Of a DNA stretch of 32,000 nucleotides, positions 19,050-28,838 are shown piece after piece (position 1 is the first letter of the stretch; every line of letters begins with the position of its first letter). The DNA is from Mycoplasmoides pneumoniae FH. GTDB taxonomy: Bacteria; Bacillota_I; Bacilli_A; Mycoplasmatales; Mycoplasmoidaceae. The notes beneath the pieces are model-generated. The model was not told where the DNA came from. It saw only the letters and a program-made list of their open reading frames with translations, and searched no databases. The stretch spans positions 302,809 to 334,808 of the forward strand of contig NZ_CP010546.1 in the NCBI RefSeq assembly GCF_001272835.1. Direction: 5' to 3'. Position numbers and translations under genes: made by a program.

Positions 19050-19663
19050 TTAATTTAAAGTCGTTGAATTTAAGCCTTCTTTTTGTTTTTGAACTCAATC
19101 GAATAAATAGTTTTGGTAATAATCCAATTGCTTTTTACGCATTTCAATTTCTTTGGGAATACTTTCGGTAAGATCGTTACATTTTTTTCAAAAGCAAAGA
19201 GGATATCGGCAATCTTTTCTTGAATTTCTAGAGGTGGGAAAGTAAGTTCAATTTCTGCTAATTTACTTATTCCTAATTTAGGAATAGGGCAAGCATAATT
19301 AACAAACTTAGATGTTTGCAATCTGAGTGCATAAGCTAAAAATTTAGGATTAATTTCTTCGTTTTTTACTTTTAAAACGCCACAGTCTTGTCTTGCATTA
19401 AACTGTCCTTTTCTATAGAATACAGCACCAGCATAAGAACCTCCTGTAGTTCAAGTCACGTACTCGCCATCTCGGTCACAATCTTTAATTTTGCCAACTT
19501 CACCATCATTTAAGGTTGAAGCTGAATAAACCGGGTATTAACCGAGATTATCCTTAATATATTTTTTAGTAATTGCACGACCCCTCGAGATCTCGCAAAT
19601 ATCTTTGATTTTGTAAGTTTTGATTTGCACAACAGTAACAGTTTAATTTCTTTTAAAAGTCAT
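19050..19663 (-). pseudogene. hsdS: Type I restriction-modification specificity subunit (HsdS) relic: one target-recognition domain plus the C-terminal conserved helix
   Basis: The minus-strand translation reads YKIKDICEISRGRAITKKYIKDNLG*YPVYSASTLNDGEVGKI...GEYVTWTTGGSYAGAVFYRKGQFNARQDCGVLKV...FLAYALRLQTSKFV...PPLEIQEKIADIL. After a frameshift in A7 (plus-strand T7, 19182-19188) it continues as LTESIPKEIEMRKKQLDYYQNYLFDW. It carries two in-frame TAA codons. Homology may extend to about 19715. Confidence 0.8.
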
Positions 19664-19740
19664 TTTCAGCGACTGTTTTAGATTTTTCTTTGTCATCATT
19701 ATTGCGCTCTTTCTGCATATTAAGTGCTTGTTGGCAAATT

Positions 19741-19746
19741 AGAATA
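19741..19746 (+). promoter_or_regulatory. Candidate -10 box TAGAAT, 10 nt upstream of ATG 19757 (near-leaderless transcript)
   Basis: aaatTAGAATaatacccagttATG. This is the same hexamer as upstream of trxA and spx. Confidence 0.3.
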
Positions 19747-19756
19747 ATACCCAGTT

Positions 19757-20038
19757 ATGAACCGTCCTACTCCCAATTTTGAAGCAATCGATAAGAAGAT
19801 TAGTGCCTTTGTCACTAACCACGATAACTTATTGGATAAGTTACTCAAACAACAAACCGAATTGTTAACTAGTGAAATTACGACTAATTTTGAGGTAACC
19901 CAACAAATCCAGGAAGAAGTAGCCAAAAAGACGAAGCAACACTCTAAAAACTACAAGTGACTAGCCACTGTTGTTTTAGCGAACGGTGTTGTAAGTCTCT
20001 TTCTTTTAGGTGGGTTAATCTACCTCTTTAGTAAGTAG
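19757..20038 (+). CDS. Small tail-anchored hypothetical protein (coiled-coil N-terminus, C-terminal TM helix)
   Basis: ORF 19757-19960 is extended through TGA 19958 to TAG 20036-20038 (93 aa). The C-terminus [24 protein letters not shown] is hydrophobic. Overlaps the 3' end of the HIT gene convergently by 24 nt. Confidence 0.5.
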
Positions 20039-20449
20039 TTCCCAATTAGCTTCAATTGAGCGGTTGTTCGTCTTTTTAACGTTGTAACAAAAGCCTAAAC
20101 CAGTTTCGTATTTTGGTACTACATGCATGTGGTAGTGAAATACTTCCTGCCCTGCCTTAGCCCCTTCATTGACAACATAGTTTAATCCAGCTGGTTGGAG
20201 CCGTTGTTGTAGCTTTAAAGCCATTTCTTTGGCGAGTAAACTAACCGCCTTCAAACTCTCATCATCAGTCGAGGAATAGTTAACGGCGTGTTTTTTGGGA
20301 ATTACAAGCGTATGACCATCAGCAACTGGAAAGGCATCTAAAAAGGCAACAGCGTGTTCGTTTTCACCAACCTTAAAGGATTTCACATTCCCCTCTACAA
20401 TTCCACAGAAGATACAGTTATTGTTTGCCATACTTTGTTTTTGCACCAT
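20015..20449 (-). CDS. HIT (histidine triad) family nucleotide hydrolase/transferase
   Basis: 144-aa ORF. CIFCGI zinc-binding-like N-terminus, [11 protein letters not shown], and the histidine triad HYHMHVVP. Confidence 0.92.
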
Positions 20450-21218
20450 AATAACGGTTATTTATAACAAAAAGCCCCCACAGGATTAAAAACATTGATG
20501 CAAAAATAGGGATTGATCAAAACCAAACATAGCTGTTATATTTGGTTTGGGAGAAGAAACCATAGACCGAGTACGAATCATGCCCGTTGTCCCATATCTT
20601 TAGAAAAGGTACTGTTTGTAAATAAAAGGCATAAAGGCTTGGGTACACCCCTGCCTTGAGTAAAAACTTACCCAATTCATGTAGCGGCTCGCGCATTTTG
20701 TAAGTTTTAAAGAAGATTCAGATAAAGCCAAAGAAGCTAGCGGGGTAAATCACGTGGAGAAACAGCTGCGCAAATGAAATTCAATCAGTTAAAGGATTAC
20801 CACTAAAACTGTATGGCATTTCACTCGTAATAGTCGAAAACCAACCCTTAACGTGTTCTTCTACATTAACAAATCCAGTAACACGTGACAGTACATACAG
20901 GTTAAAAAAGATGACGGTAAAGACCAAGTAACCTGCAGCACTTAAAAACAACGCATTATTGTCAAACAGCTTACAGCGTCGTTTACAGAGGTACATTAAG
21001 ACACAAACAGCGGCAATTGTGTTGCTCTGGTAGGTAAAGGTATCAAAGTTAGTAAACCAGATTAATTGTGGTTGGTTGTTATAAACCACACTGATAACAG
21101 CACTAGCTACCATTACCCCAAGGTTAAACAGGGAAAACGGCGCGAGAAAAAGTAAATAAAAGTCGCAATTATTGTTAAGATAGAAAAAACGGTAAGCGAG
21201 TCCTATTGTTTTTTTCAT
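20418..21218 (-). CDS. Multi-pass membrane protein (FTYQSN motif, possibly Pr6Pr-type)
   Basis: Track ORF 20781-21218 continues through TGA at 20781, 20719 and 20515 to TAA 20418-20420 (266 aa). Checked codon by codon, with no TAA or TAG. Overlaps the HIT start by 32 nt, or by 14 nt if HIT starts at its second Met. Confidence 0.7.
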
Positions 21219-21239
21219 CGCAAGTTAGTTAACTAATAC

Positions 21240-21542
21240 ATGAGTTTTAAAAAGATTACCGAAATGATGCGCCAAGCTGAACGACAAAGCAAGCAAAAAG
21301 CGCTTGATTTCGAGCAAAAATTGTTTGAGTACAGCTATAAGAATGCTGCCATCAAGATTATCATTTTTGGTAATCTCACCATTAAGTCTATCACAATCGA
21401 TCCCGCATTAATTGACCCAGAAGACAAGGTCACTTTAGAGGAGATGATTACAGAAGCTGTCAATGAGGCTGTGGGTGATGTTAAGGCCAAGTACGACCAG
21501 TTAATGGAAGAGGCTATGCCACAGATGCCTGGGCTTTTTTAA
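21240..21542 (+). CDS. YbaB/EbfC family nucleoid-associated DNA-binding protein
   Basis: 100-aa ORF. Family-typical layout: N-terminal helical MMRQAERQSKQ, central beta region AIKIIIFGNLTIKSITIDPALIDPED, and C-terminal LEEMITEAVNEA. Confidence 0.85.
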   Translation: MSFKKITEMMRQAERQSKQKALDFEQKLFEYSYKNAAIKIIIFGNLTIKSITIDPALIDPEDKVTLEEMITEAVNEAVGDVKAKYDQLMEEAMPQMPGLF

Positions 21543-22371
21543 GCTGCAGTGCTAGCTTAACCATTTGTTTATCTTTAGTGAGCTGTATAAAGGTTGGAAT
21601 GTTGACGAGAACTGTCAACAATACAATGGCGAAATAGCTCAACCCAAAGCTAACTCCAAAGATTAAATCAGCATTTTTTGGATCTAGCTTGAGGAACACC
21701 GCTACATTCTTGTACTCACCGCTCAGTCAATCTTCAGCCAAAATGCCGGTAGTATTACCGGTAATTTGTCCCTTAAAGATGTTAACCATCAAGGCCACAT
21801 AACTGAGATATGCTAGCGCAAACACGTGGATGTAGAAGAACGAAATTAAGCTAAAGCCATCGTCTCATAAAAAGACAGCCAGACTCAACAAGAAACTCAA
21901 GAAGTGCATCATGAAGTAAACCTGGTTGTTTTCCAAACCAACAAAGAGAAATTTGACAATCTCCTCTTGTTTTAATGGAGTAAAAATTAACTCGCCAAAT
22001 AAGGTTATTGCAGCACCGTAAAAACCAAAGATCGCCAACACACCCGCCACCTTTTTCTGGCGTAAAAAGATAAAGATCGGGCCGATTAAGGCAAAGAAGG
22101 GGCAGAGATCTAACAAAAAGATCCTGCTCAACCTTAGTGAATCTAAAGGAACATTTGCAACAGCATTCTTAGCCTTGGCTGCAGTGCCGTAAATATCGGG
22201 AAAAATATAGATAATTTGCCGCCCGAAAAAGACATAGAGAAAGAGAATAGCTGCAAAAACTTGTAAACAATAAAACTGGATTTTTAATTTGCGAATTAAT
22301 GGGGTAAATCCCAAGATAACTAGCACCCCGGCTACTGTTAGGATGACTACAAGATAGTTAAGCGACTGCAT
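21514..22371 (-). CDS. Multi-pass membrane protein, function unknown
   Basis: Track ORFs 21865-22443 and 21514-21699 are in the same frame, joined through TGA 21865 and 21733 with no TAA or TAG between. ATG 22371 (MQSLNYLVVILTV...) is preferred over GTG 22443, which would overlap lysS. The 3' end overlaps ybaB convergently by 29 nt. Confidence 0.7.
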
Positions 22372-22415
22372 TAATTGCTTAAAATTAAGATAATAATTTT
22401 TTAAATTTGTCTTCG

Positions 22416-23885
22416 ATGAGCGATCGTTTAAATGATCAAGCACAAAATCGCTTGCAAAAACTCCTAAACCTCAAACAAACTGGCAACGATCCCTACCTCA
22501 TTACTAAGATAGAAAACACCCACTCAGCGGCTAGTTTTCAAAAAGCATTTGCCAACCAATCTGACGCTGAGTTAAAGCAGTACCAAGTGATCTTAACCGG
22601 TCGGATTATTGCGCTCCGGCAGACCTTTATTATTATCCAAGACTTTAGTGGGAAAATGCAGTTGTACATTAATAAAAAAACTGCCCCCGAACTGTTTGAA
22701 TATTTCAATAATTACATTGATTTGGGTGATCAAATAGTAGCCACTGGCCATCCAATGATGACCAAAACAGGTGTTTTAACGCTGAACGTAGAGCGATTAC
22801 AAATTGTCGCTAAATGCTTACAAACCCCACCTGAAAAATGACATGGGTTGACCGATCCAGAAGCGCGAGCACGAAAGCGTTACTTGGATTTGACCTACAA
22901 CCGTGCGCAGGTCGAAGTCTTTTTGAAACGCACCCAGATTATTACAGCTATCCGTACCTTTTTAAATGAAGCGGGCTTTCTAGAAGTGGAAACACCCATT
23001 TTACAAGCCGTTTTAGGGGGTGCTAACGCCAAGCCCTTTAAAACACACTATAACGCCTTAAAGGGTGATTTTTACTTGCGGATTGCAAATGAAATAGCAC
23101 TCAAAAAGCTCATTGTGGGCGGTTTGCCGAAAGTGTATGAAATGGGGCGGATGTTTCGTAACGAAGGGGTGGATACTACCCATAATCCGGAGTTTACGAG
23201 CATTGAAATGTATCAGGCTAACGCTGACTATGCGGTCATGATGGATTTAACCGAAAACCTCATTAAGTTTGTTTGCAAAACACTCAATCAGTGAAGTTTT
23301 AACTGGAACGGGCAAACACTTGATTTAGCCAAACCGTTCAAGAAAGTCAAAATGGTAGATTTAATCTGCCAAGTTACTGGGGTTAATTTTGATGATGTTA
23401 AGGATGATCAAACAGCCATTGCGCTTGCAAAGCAGCACAAAGTAGAGTTAAAAAAGCACGAGCAGAACAAACAACACATTATTAACCGTTTCTTTGAACA
23501 GTTCTGTGAGCATACCTTAATCCAACCCACCTTTGTCACACACTATCCCAAGGCCGTTTCCCCGCTAGCTAAACAAGATCCCCACAACCCCGAGTTTACT
23601 GAGCGCTTTGAACTTTTTATTAATACAAAAGAGTTAGCGAACGCTTACAGTGAGTTGAATGATCCCCTAGAACAACGTGCGCGCTTTGAACAACAGTTGC
23701 AGGAAAAACGCATGGGTAATGATGAAGCGAGTGAATTAGATGAATCCTTTTTGGATGCTTTGAGTTTTGGTCTCCCGCCAACAGGCGGCCTTGGGATTGG
23801 GGTTGATCGGTTAGTGATGTTATTGTGCGAGTGCAGTTCCATCCGTGACGTTGTTTTCTTTCCCCAACTACGTGAATTGAAATAA
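22416..23885 (+). CDS. lysS: Lysine--tRNA ligase (class II)
   Basis: ORFs 22407-22841, 22848-23294 and 23352-23885 are in the same frame, joined via TGA at 22839 and 23292. It has an OB anticodon-binding domain, [18 protein letters not shown] (motif 2 region) and [14 protein letters not shown] (motif 3). ATG 22416. Confidence 0.95.
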
Positions 23886-25044
23886 GTTTGATTTCATTGT
23901 TTTAGGTGCTGGCATTAGTGGCATAGTTTTATCACATGTTTTAGCACAGCATGGTAAAAGTGTTTTACTGTTAGAAAAACGCAACCAATTAGGTGGTAAT
24001 TGTTATGACAAGTTGGATGAAACCACCGGGTTACTGTTCCACCAGTACGGTCCTCATATCTTTCATACTGATAATCAGAAAGTAATGGATTTTATCCAAC
24101 CCTTTTTTGAACTAAACAATTACCAGCACCGTGTTGGCTTACAACTGGACAACAATTTGGATTTAACGCTTCCATTTGACTTTAGCCAAATGCGCAAGTT
24201 GTTGGATACAAAAACAGCTAGCAGTTTAATTAACTTCTTTCAACAGCACTTTCCAGCTGAAAAGCACTTAACACTGATGCAGTTACAAACAATTAACTTT
24301 GCTCCAGTCCAACAGCTGTACCAGTTTTTAAAAACAAAGGTGTACGGTCCTTACAGTGTGAAAATGTGGGGCATGCCATTAGAACAAATTGATCCTAGTG
24401 TATTGGGTCGAGTCAAAATTAGTTTAAGTGAAAACAGTAGCTATTTCCCTACAGCCACTATTCAAGGTCTACCTAAGGGTGGTTATACAAAGGCCTTTAC
24501 AAAGATGGTGGATCATCCTCTGATTGATTTAAGGTTAAACTGTCCAGCTAACTTAATTAGCGTAAACAATAATCAACTCTTGTTTGCAAATCAACCAATT
24601 ACCAAACCAGTGGTTTATTGTGGTTTAATTGATCAGCTGTTTGGCTATTGTTTTGGGCGATTGCAGTACCGCTCGCTCCACTTTGAATGAAAGCGTTATG
24701 CTGTAAAACAACACCAAGCTTACCCCGTAATGAACTGGCCACTCCACCCAACAATAACGCGCCAAGTGGAATACAAACAGTTAACGCAAGAGGGTTTGGA
24801 GTCTAACCAAACGATTGTTTCGTGTGAAACTCCTGGTGCTTTTAGGGAAGGCGATCCCCGCTTTATGGAGCCGTACTACCCGCTAAATGATGTAAGTAAT
24901 AATGCCTTGTTTGCGCGTTATTTAAAGTTAGCTAACGCTATTCCTAACATACATTTGTTAGGTCGGTTGGCACTGTACCAGTACATTGATATGGATAGAG
25001 CAATTGCTCAAAGCTTAGCTAAAGCCGAACAACTATTACAGTAA
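23872..25044 (+). CDS. glf: UDP-galactopyranose mutase
   Basis: Frame 1 reads [38 protein letters not shown] (FAD Rossmann), then GPHIFHT. ORFs 24013-24690 and 24730-25044 are joined via TGA 24688. No ATG lies upstream of the Rossmann motif, so the start must be GTG 23872, or TTG 23851 or GTG 23845, overlapping the lysS end. The exact start is uncertain. Confidence 0.88.
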
Positions 25045-26840
25045 TGGAACAACAAAAAATTAGGAACTTTTCAATTATTGCCCACATTGACCATGGTAAG
25101 TCAACGCTGTCAGATCGCTTAATTGAACGCAGCATTGGCTTTGAAAAACGCTTACTGCAAGCGCAAATGTTGGACACCATGGCGATTGAGCGTGAACGGG
25201 GTATTACTATTAAACTCAACGCCGTGCAGCTCAAAATGGCCCAAGGCAACCAGCAGTACTTGTTTCACCTAGTTGATACTCCGGGACACGTTGACTTTAC
25301 TTACGAGGTATCACGCTCTTTAGCAGCTTGTGAGGGTGTTTTACTGTTAGTTGATGCTACCCAAGGGATTCAAGCACAAACGATTTCCAACACTTACTTA
25401 GCATTGGAAAACAACCTCGAAATTATTCCGGTAATTAACAAGGTGGACATGGAGAGTGCTGATGTCGAGAAAACCAAACAAGCCTTTCACCAACTGCTAG
25501 GGGTGGATCCCAACACCATCCCCTTAGTGTCCGCTAAAACCGGGCTTGGTATTGACCGGTTAATCACTACCATTATTGAAAAAGTACCCCCTCCAAAGGG
25601 CGATGAAAGTAAACCACTCAAAGCCTTACTGTTTGACAGCTATTACGATCCTTATAAGGGGGTAGTGTGCTTTATTCGAATCTTTGAGGGGAGTTTAAAA
25701 CTCAATGATAAGATCCGCTTTGCTAGAAGTAACTCGGTTTACCAAATTGTGGAATTGGGAATTAAAAACCCCTTTTTTGAAAAACAAGACGTGTTAAAAG
25801 CCGGGGAGATTGGTTGGTTTTCCGCTGGGATTAAAAAACTAAGGGATGTAACGGTTGGTGACACGATTGTTCACGCTGAGGACACGACCACTCCACCCTT
25901 ACCGGGTTACAAAAAGGTGTTACCGATGATTTACTGTGGTCTGTACCCGATTGACAACAATGATTACCAAAACCTCAAAATGGCCATGGAAAAGATTATT
26001 TTGAGCGATGCGGCCTTGGAGTATGAATATGAAACATCACAAGCATTGGGCTTTGGGGTGCGTTGTGGTTTTTTGGGGTTGTTGCACATGGATGTAATTA
26101 AGGAGCGGTTGGAGCGCGAGTACAACCTTAAGTTAATTTCCGCTCCTCCTTCAGTGCGGTATAAGGTGTTGTTAACCAACGGGGAGGAATTGGAACTCGA
26201 TAACCCTTCACTCTTACCAGAGCGCTCGCGAATTAAATCAATTAGCGAACCGTTTGTACGCGTTTACATTGATCTACCCGATCATTATTTAGGTACAGTA
26301 ATTGATCTGTGTCAAAACTTCCGTGGGCAATACGAAAAGTTAGAGGAAATTGACATTGACCGCAAACGCTTGGTCTACTTAATGCCCTTGGGTGAAATTA
26401 TCTACAGTTTCTTTGATAAGTTGAAATCAATCACTAAGGGTTATGCTTCGCTCAATTACGAGTTTGACCAGTACCAGGTGTCCCAATTGGCTAAGGTGGA
26501 AATTATGTTAAACAAACAGAAGGTGGACGCTTTATCTTTTATTGCCCACCATGACTTTGCCTTTCAACGGGCCAAGAAGTTCTGTGTCAAATTAAAGGAA
26601 CTAATTCCCAAGCACCTGTTTGAAATTCCAATTCAAGCCACAATTGGAAGTAAGGTAATTGCTAGAGAAACGATTAAAGCAGTGCGTAAAGATGTAACAG
26701 CAAAGCTGTATGGCGGGGATGTCACGCGGAAAAAGAAGCTGTTGGAAAAACAAAAGGAAGGGAAGAAAAGACTGAAAGCAATTGGTAGTGTGGAGCTCCC
26801 CCAAGAGCTGTTTAGTCATTTGCTCAAAGATGAAGATTAA
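25044..26840 (+). CDS. lepA: Translation elongation factor 4 (LepA)
   Basis: 598-aa ORF. G1 [10 protein letters not shown]3 DTPGHVDF, G4 NKVD, and the LepA-specific C-terminal domain. The start overlaps the glf stop (TAATG). Confidence 0.97.
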   Translation: MEQQKIRNFSIIAHIDHGKSTLSDRLIERSIGFEKRLLQAQMLDTMAIERERGITIKLNAVQLKMAQGNQQYLFHLVDTPGHVDFTYEVSRSLAACEGVLLLVDATQGIQAQTISNTYLALENNLEIIPVINKVDMESADVEKTKQAFHQLLGVDPNTIPLVSAKTGLGIDRLITTIIEKVPPPKGDESKPLKALLFDSYYDPYKGVVCFIRIFEGSLKLNDKIRFARSNSVYQIVELGIKNPFFEKQDVLKAGEIGWFSAGIKKLRDVTVGDTIVHAEDTTTPPLPGYKKVLPMIYCGLYPIDNNDYQNLKMAMEKIILSDAALEYEYETSQALGFGVRCGFLGLLHMDVIKERLEREYNLKLISAPPSVRYKVLLTNGEELELDNPSLLPERSRIKSISEPFVRVYIDLPDHYLGTVIDLCQNFRGQYEKLEEIDIDRKRLVYLMPLGEIIYSFFDKLKSITKGYASLNYEFDQYQVSQLAKVEIMLNKQKVDALSFIAHHDFAFQRAKKFCVKLKELIPKHLFEIPIQATIGSKVIARETIKAVRKDVTAKLYGGDVTRKKKLLEKQKEGKKRLKAIGSVELPQELFSHLLKDED

Positions 26841-26872
26841 CTTATTTATAATTGATTACTGTTTAATTACTG

Positions 26873-26889
26873 ATACCTTGTAAAGGTAT
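26873..26889 (+). terminator. Small hairpin after lepA (weak terminator candidate)
   Basis: atacctt-gta-aaggtat (7-bp stem, 3-nt loop) 33 nt after the lepA stop. The downstream sequence is AT-rich rather than a clean T-run. Confidence 0.2.
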
Positions 26890-26918
26890 TAACTAATTAT
26901 TTTGATCTTTTATAAGTA

Positions 26919-28628
26919 ATGATTAAGGATTTTGATCCTAGTGAGTTTGTCGGTAAAACTCCTACCAAGATTTTTGCCTTTGGTGGTATCCAAGAAGTTG
27001 GAAAAAACATGTATGGAATCGAGTACGATGATGAGATTATCATCATCGACTGCGGTATTAAGTTTGCTAGTGATGATCTACTAGGGATTGATGGTATTAT
27101 CCCGAGCTTCGAATACCTCATTGAAAACCAAGCTAAGGTTAAAGCACTGTTTATCACCCACGGCCATGAAGACCACATTGGTGGGGTGCCTTACTTGTTA
27201 AAACAAGTCGATGTACCGGTGATTTACGCACCCCGGATTGCCGCTTCTTTGATCTTAAAGAAGGTCAACGAACACAAGGATGCTAAGCTCAATAAAGTGG
27301 TCGTATATGATGACTTTAGCAACTTTGAAACCAAGCACTTCAAGATTGACTTTTACCGCGTCAACCACTCGATTCCTGACGCCTTTGGTGTCTGTGTTCA
27401 AACTCCCAACGGTAACATTGTTGAGAGTGGTGACTTTCGCTTTGACTTTGCCGCTGGCGGGGAAATGCTCGATGTGCATAAGGTCGTGAAGATTGCCGAG
27501 CGCAATGTCCATGTCTTTATGTGTGAGACTACTAACGCCGAAATCCCGGGGTTCTCCCAGAGCGAAAAGTTAATTTACCGCAACATCAACAAGATTATTA
27601 AAGAAGCACGTGGTCGGGTCATTCTCACTACCTTTGCTTCCAACATTACCCGGATTAACGAAATTATTGAGATTGCTGTTAACAATAAACGGAAGGTCTG
27701 CTTGTTGGGTAAGTCGATGGATGTGAACGTCAACATCTCGCGTAAGATTGGCTTAATGGACATTGACAGCAATGACATTGTGGAAGTCCGTGACATTAAG
27801 AATTACCCCGACCGCAGTATCTTAATCTTGTGTACGGGTTCCCAAGGTGAAGACTCAGCAGCCTTAAACACAATGGCACGGGGTAAACATAACTGGGTTA
27901 GCTTAAAGTCCACTGACACCATTATTATGTCCTCCAACCCGATTCCGGGGAACTATGCAGCGGTGGAAAATCTCTTGAATGAGCTTTCGAAGTACGGGGT
28001 GACCATCTTTGAAAACTCACCGAACATGAAGCTACACGCCTCTGGTCACGCTACCCAGCAAGAGTTGCAGTTAATGTTAAACCTCGTGTTTCCAAGGTAC
28101 TTAATTCCGATTCACGGGGAGTACAAGATGATGCGCACCATCAAAAACATAGCGCAAGAATGTGGCATTAACGGTGATGATGTTGGTTTGCTAGCTAACG
28201 GTCAGGTGATGTACCTAATTGATGGCAAGCTGTATTACTCAGGGGAAGTGATTAATGCTGACCCGATTTACATTGAAAGCCGCAATTCTTCTCCAGACTT
28301 AGCGCGGGTAATTAAACAACGCCAAATCTTGAGTCGGGAGGGAATGTTTGCTGTGATTGTAGTCTTTGACAAAAACAATAACATTTTAGGGATGCCTACT
28401 CTGATTACTCGGGGTTGTTTCTTTGCTCTAGATTCCAGTCCGTTAATGACTAAGATTACCCACTCAATTAAACGCGGTTTGGAAAACGTTATTCAAAACA
28501 AGCGTTTTAATACCCGTGAACAGATGATCAAGGAATTGAAACGAGTATGTAAGGAAACGGTGTCTTACTTCATTTGGAAGAACAAGAGTCGTAACCCGTT
28601 GATTTCAACCGTATTGTCTTGAGTTTAA
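26919..28628 (+). CDS. rnj: Ribonuclease J
   Basis: Track ORF 26919-28622 is extended through TGA 28620 to TAA 28626-28628 (569 aa). Contains the metallo-beta-lactamase motif THGHEDHIGG, a beta-CASP region and HASGHA. Confidence 0.95.
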
Positions 28629-28807
28629 ACCTTAGTTTTAACTAATTCTCAATTGGACCCAATTATTGGAAATTAACACCTTTATAAGGCTGTTTTTGCC
28701 AGTAGTTGGGTTTTCTTTTGTTTGCTCTTGAGATCTAATTAATGCATACAAAAAGCCATTAATTGCCCAAAAATCAGATTCTTTTTACTTTCTTAAAAAT
28801 ATTTTTT

Positions 28808-28813
28808 TAAGAT
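28808..28813 (+). promoter_or_regulatory. Candidate -10 box TAAGAT upstream of the large lipoprotein gene
   Basis: ttttTAAGATttgcc lies 26 nt upstream of ATG 28839, at the 3' edge of the AT-rich element (28780-28811) that is repeated at 31701-31728. Confidence 0.25.
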
Positions 28814-28838
28814 TTGCCATCTTTTTTCGCTTGGGAAG

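Noticed and set aside
26897-27178. 93-aa minus-strand ORF, and others at 27255-27512 and 27575-27796, within RNase J
   Set aside because: They are antisense to a 569-aa conserved CDS and have no independent support.
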